The notes under the pieces: generated by a model
The model's database searches: none
Seen by the model: only the letters and a program-made list of their open reading frames with translations
What the model was told of the DNA's origin: nothing
In this document: one piece after another, positions 57,944-61,084 of the stretch
Layout: every line of letters begins with the position of its first letter
Position numbering within the stretch: the first letter of the stretch is position 1
Assembly (NCBI GenBank): GCA_029881675.1
Contig: JAOUMD010000003.1
Location: forward strand, 1-61,084
Reading direction: 5' to 3'
Length of the DNA: 61,084 bases
Source: Minisyncoccota bacterium
Lineage (GTDB): Bacteria; Patescibacteriota; Microgenomatia; UBA1400; PJMF01
Made by a program: the position numbers and the translations under genes

Positions 57944-59641
57944 TTAAGCTTGTTTATTTTCTGCAGGAGTAGCAACAGCTTCTCCTTCTGCACTTAATAC
58001 AATAGGTGCAGAATTTTCTCCTGGTATTTCAAGAGGAGGAGTTTCTATCGCAATTGGTGCTGTGACAGGTTGAGGCGTAGCAGGAAGTGGTGTTTCCACT
58101 GCAACAGGTTGAGGTGTAGCAGGAAGTGGTGTTTCTACTGCAACAGGTTGAGGTGTAGCAGGAAGTGGTGTTTCTACTACAGTAGGTTCAGGTGTTGCTA
58201 CAACTGGTTGTGGTTCTTGGATAGTTTCTTCTACTACTGGCTGAGGTGCTTCAGGAGTTGTTGTTTCCACAGGTGTTTGAGTTACTTCTTGGACAGGTTG
58301 TTCTGGTGTAGCTTCAACAGCTGGTTGCTGAGTGACAGTTTCAGCAGTCTCAGCTTGAGCAACTGGAGCAGCAGCTAATTGTTGAGCATCATAGGCAAGC
58401 TCATTATAAATTGTCAGTAATCTATTATATTTTGCAATTCTTTCACCTCTGTTTGGAGGGCCAAATTTTACATATTGAGCACCAGTTCCAACTGCAAGGT
58501 CAGCTACAAAGTCATCAATGGTTCCACCACTACGATGTGACACTATCGCTTGCCATCCTGATTCTTTGGCTAGTTTTATAACTTGGATGGTTTCACTAAC
58601 AGTTCCTGTCTGGTTTGGTTTAACAAGGACACTATTACAAACTTTGTCTGCAATTGCTTTGGTTGTCTTTTCTAAACTTGTGACAAGTAAACTATCTCCA
58701 ACGATCATACTTGTGGCACCAATATCTAGAGTAATTTCTTTCCAAGCATTTGTGTCATCTTCCTGGTAGGGATCTTCAATGTAGAAGACATGATAAAGTT
58801 CTTTGAGTGATTTGTAGTATTTAGCTAGATCTTTTGATGAATATGCTTGAGATTTATCTTTGAGCATATATTTACCGTTTTCAAAGAATGATGAAGCGGA
58901 CATATCTGCTCCTAGGAATACATCTTGGGCAAATGTATAAGGAGTGGCTTTGATTGATTCAATGATAATTTCAAAAGCATCTGTATTATTAAAAAGGTTT
59001 GGAGTGAAACCACCATTTAATCCAGTAGAATGGATAGCCCCTTTCATGATTAGTACTTCTTTTAATTTGTTATATATTGTTACAGCCATGTTTAAGGATT
59101 CAGGAAAGTTGACATGGGTTGCTGGGATAATTTCAAATTCTTGAACATCTAAATTTTCTGCACCATGTTTCCCACCTTCAATCATTGTAAAAACACAGGT
59201 AGGGATATCCATCTGCTGAGTGATTTGATATTTTTGTTGGATATATTTATAGAGAGGGAGATTTGAGCTAAGAGCGCCAGCTTTAAGAATTGCTTGAGAT
59301 ATAGCTAAGATTGCATTAGCACCTAATTTTGATTTGTCTTTTGTACCATCTAAATTAACCATTTTTTGGTCTAGATCAGTTTGGTTGGTAGGGTCATCTC
59401 CAACAAGTTGAGGACCGAGTATAGTATTGATATTTTCAACAGCTTTAAGAACTCCTTTTCCAACCATTCTATTTGAGTCATTATCTCTTAATTCTTTTGC
59501 CTCATATTTTCCAGTAGAAGTTCCAGAAGGCACTGTAGTCATGACACTTCTTCCATCATCTAACCAAAGTGTACATTCAATAGTGGGAATTCCTCTAGCA
59601 TCAAGGACCTCACGAGCATAGATTTGTTGAATTGTTGACAT
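57944..59641 (-). CDS. eno: Enolase homolog, copy 2: catalytic Glu replaced, ~150-aa low-complexity C-terminal tail
   Basis: VPSGTSTG..EA, GANA, QEF, KPNQ.G, SHRSG and KYNRL present; GLNGG stands in place of GDEGG. Confidence 0.85.
   Translation of the reverse strand: MSTIQQIYAREVLDARGIPTIECTLWLDDGRSVMTTVPSGTSTGKYEAKELRDNDSNRMVGKGVLKAVENINTILGPQLVGDDPTNQTDLDQKMVNLDGTKDKSKLGANAILAISQAILKAGALSSNLPLYKYIQQKYQITQQMDIPTCVFTMIEGGKHGAENLDVQEFEIIPATHVNFPESLNMAVTIYNKLKEVLIMKGAIHSTGLNGGFTPNLFNNTDAFEIIIESIKATPYTFAQDVFLGADMSASSFFENGKYMLKDKSQAYSSKDLAKYYKSLKELYHVFYIEDPYQEDDTNAWKEITLDIGATSMIVGDSLLVTSLEKTTKAIADKVCNSVLVKPNQTGTVSETIQVIKLAKESGWQAIVSHRSGGTIDDFVADLAVGTGAQYVKFGPPNRGERIAKYNRLLTIYNELAYDAQQLAAAPVAQAETAETVTQQPAVEATPEQPVQEVTQTPVETTTPEAPQPVVEETIQEPQPVVATPEPTVVETPLPATPQPVAVETPLPATPQPVAVETPLPATPQPVTAPIAIETPPLEIPGENSAPIVLSAEGEAVATPAENKQA
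58065..58178 (-). repeat. About 3 x 39-bp coding tandem repeat (VETPLPATPQPVA)
   Basis: Units begin at 58065, 58104 and 58143. Confidence 0.95.
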
Positions 59642-59651
59642 ATATTAATCT

Positions 59652-61082
59652 CTATTGGTTCAGGACCATTTTTTGTTCTGCTGATATTATCTGTTGTTTT
59701 ACTATATCTAAAAGTGAAGGTTTGACAACTATGGCTCTGACACCTATCTGTGCTGCACTGCTAACTAGTTTTGCATCAAATTGATTAAGTTTTAAAACTA
59801 CGGGTAGTGAGCCAACAGAGTTTTTGTGTAATTTATCAGATGTTTTAATCTGATGTACAACTTCTTTTAACATTGAGATGGCTAAATTGCTATCAAATGA
59901 ATAGTGACTTAGTAACTCAGGATTATCTGGATCAAGTCCATATGAAAGGTCATGAATGGTTTTTGCTTGAAAAGTTACACCACTAATTGGTAAGTGGAGA
60001 AATTCTTTCAGGTTGATAATATTGGCTGGGGTGTTTAGCTGTAACCAGAATTTTACATACCTATTTTTAGGAATAGTATTTTCAATTATTTTGAAAATAA
60101 TTGCTAGTTCTGAAGCTGTTCTGACAAAGGGAATAACAAAATTGATTTCTCTTTTTTTATCATGGGCAAAATCAGAAACAATTTTAAGTTCTGTTTTGAA
60201 GAGCAATGAATCTTCGATAATCTTAAGCGCTCCTCTAGTTCCTAAATATGGACTAGTTTCATGTCGTTCATAGTTTAAAGAGTTAGACAATGAATTGAGC
60301 TCCATGGAATTTAAATTTGAGCTTCGATAGAAAAGATCTTTTTGTTCTTTGGTAAAGAATGTAGTAACAGTTCTTATTAAGTTCTTTTCTAGTAAATGTT
60401 TTCTATTTTGTAGTAAATGGTTTGGGTGAATGCCCATATATGCAATTGCATAGTCACTTTTGAGGAATAGGCCCTCATTGTGTGCTAAGTATTGCTCAGA
60501 TCTATATGGATTTCCAGCAGATAGATAGACTTTGGTTAAAGTTTTTCTATTTAGTTGAGTTTCTTTTTCTTTTTTTGGAGAAAATATTTTTCCTGAGCCA
60601 GTATCTACGACCACTTTATGACCACTATGTAGTCTAGATGTGGCATACATGACTCCAGTGATGCATGGAATATGATTTTCTTTGATAGCTTTTAAGATGG
60701 GTGGAGTTAAGACTTTGTCTTCAACAATAAGTGCTGAGGCTTGATTGATTAAGTTAAGGTCAAGGTGAGTTAATGATTTTTTAACTAAGATATGTCCTGT
60801 GGTGAAACTCAACCTATCATGGTGATTATTTATTATTTGAGGATAGCCTTCTACATATCCCCCCGTGACACTTTGTCCAATCAAGATTGGATCAGACTCA
60901 TGCTGTGTTTCTTTTGTCACCTCTCTAATATCTGAAATAATAAGATCTTTATTTTGGACTGAGAAAGAAATTATCCTAGAGCCAATAAAGAGTCTATTTA
61001 TTTTCCCCGCATCGTTTGTAATTTGAATAGCTTGTTGATCAGTAATAGATGCTTGATTGATTCTTTTTGATTTTATCTTATT
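59652..61082 (-). CDS. Degenerate PEP synthase (PpsA)-like protein, start beyond the window
   Basis: The frame stays open upstream of the track's GTG to the window edge. Mobile-domain and TIM-barrel remnants (E.SPYLG.RG, IPFVRT, L.TPANI) are present; the TSH phospho-His motif is absent. Confidence 0.75.
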   Translation of the reverse strand, partial: NKIKSKRINQASITDQQAIQITNDAGKINRLFIGSRIISFSVQNKDLIISDIREVTKETQHESDPILIGQSVTGGYVEGYPQIINNHHDRLSFTTGHILVKKSLTHLDLNLINQASALIVEDKVLTPPILKAIKENHIPCITGVMYATSRLHSGHKVVVDTGSGKIFSPKKEKETQLNRKTLTKVYLSAGNPYRSEQYLAHNEGLFLKSDYAIAYMGIHPNHLLQNRKHLLEKNLIRTVTTFFTKEQKDLFYRSSNLNSMELNSLSNSLNYERHETSPYLGTRGALKIIEDSLLFKTELKIVSDFAHDKKREINFVIPFVRTASELAIIFKIIENTIPKNRYVKFWLQLNTPANIINLKEFLHLPISGVTFQAKTIHDLSYGLDPDNPELLSHYSFDSNLAISMLKEVVHQIKTSDKLHKNSVGSLPVVLKLNQFDAKLVSSAAQIGVRAIVVKPSLLDIVKQQIISAEQKMVLNQ

Positions 61083-61084
61083 AA

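Noticed and set aside
58065..58178. 39-bp repeats as a possible CRISPR array
   Set aside because: Head-to-tail with no spacers, in frame within a coding tail, and no cas genes in the window.

Overview
AT-rich bacterial chromosome segment. The gene set (nucleoside salvage, lower glycolysis, uvrABC/lexA, no respiratory-chain genes, few Shine-Dalgarno sites on core genes) suggests a CPR/Patescibacteria-type genome; this is inference. The window holds two tRNAs (Gln-CTG, Ser-GCT), a copper/iron/redox cluster with a copA interrupted by one in-frame TAG, nucleotide-salvage genes, a RelE/HigB-XRE toxin-antitoxin pair flanked by 13-bp direct repeats, and three copies of a 27-bp att-like repeat. The strongest candidate for an undescribed system is a GC-richer minus-strand operon at 25148-30160: PP2C phosphatase, Ser/Thr kinase, nicotinamidase-like cysteine hydrolase and vWA protein, i.e. 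a TerY-P-like triad plus an NAD-related enzyme. It has a ~340-nt structured leader with a boxA-like site, a structured trailer, and 11-nt leader/trailer complementarity, and it shares promoter and leader motifs with other orphan genes in the window. A second candidate is the ppsA-like/eno/gpmI run at the right end, where catalytic motifs are lost or altered and long low-complexity tails are added, while a second enolase lies about 10 kb away. All product calls come from motifs read by eye; no database search was run.
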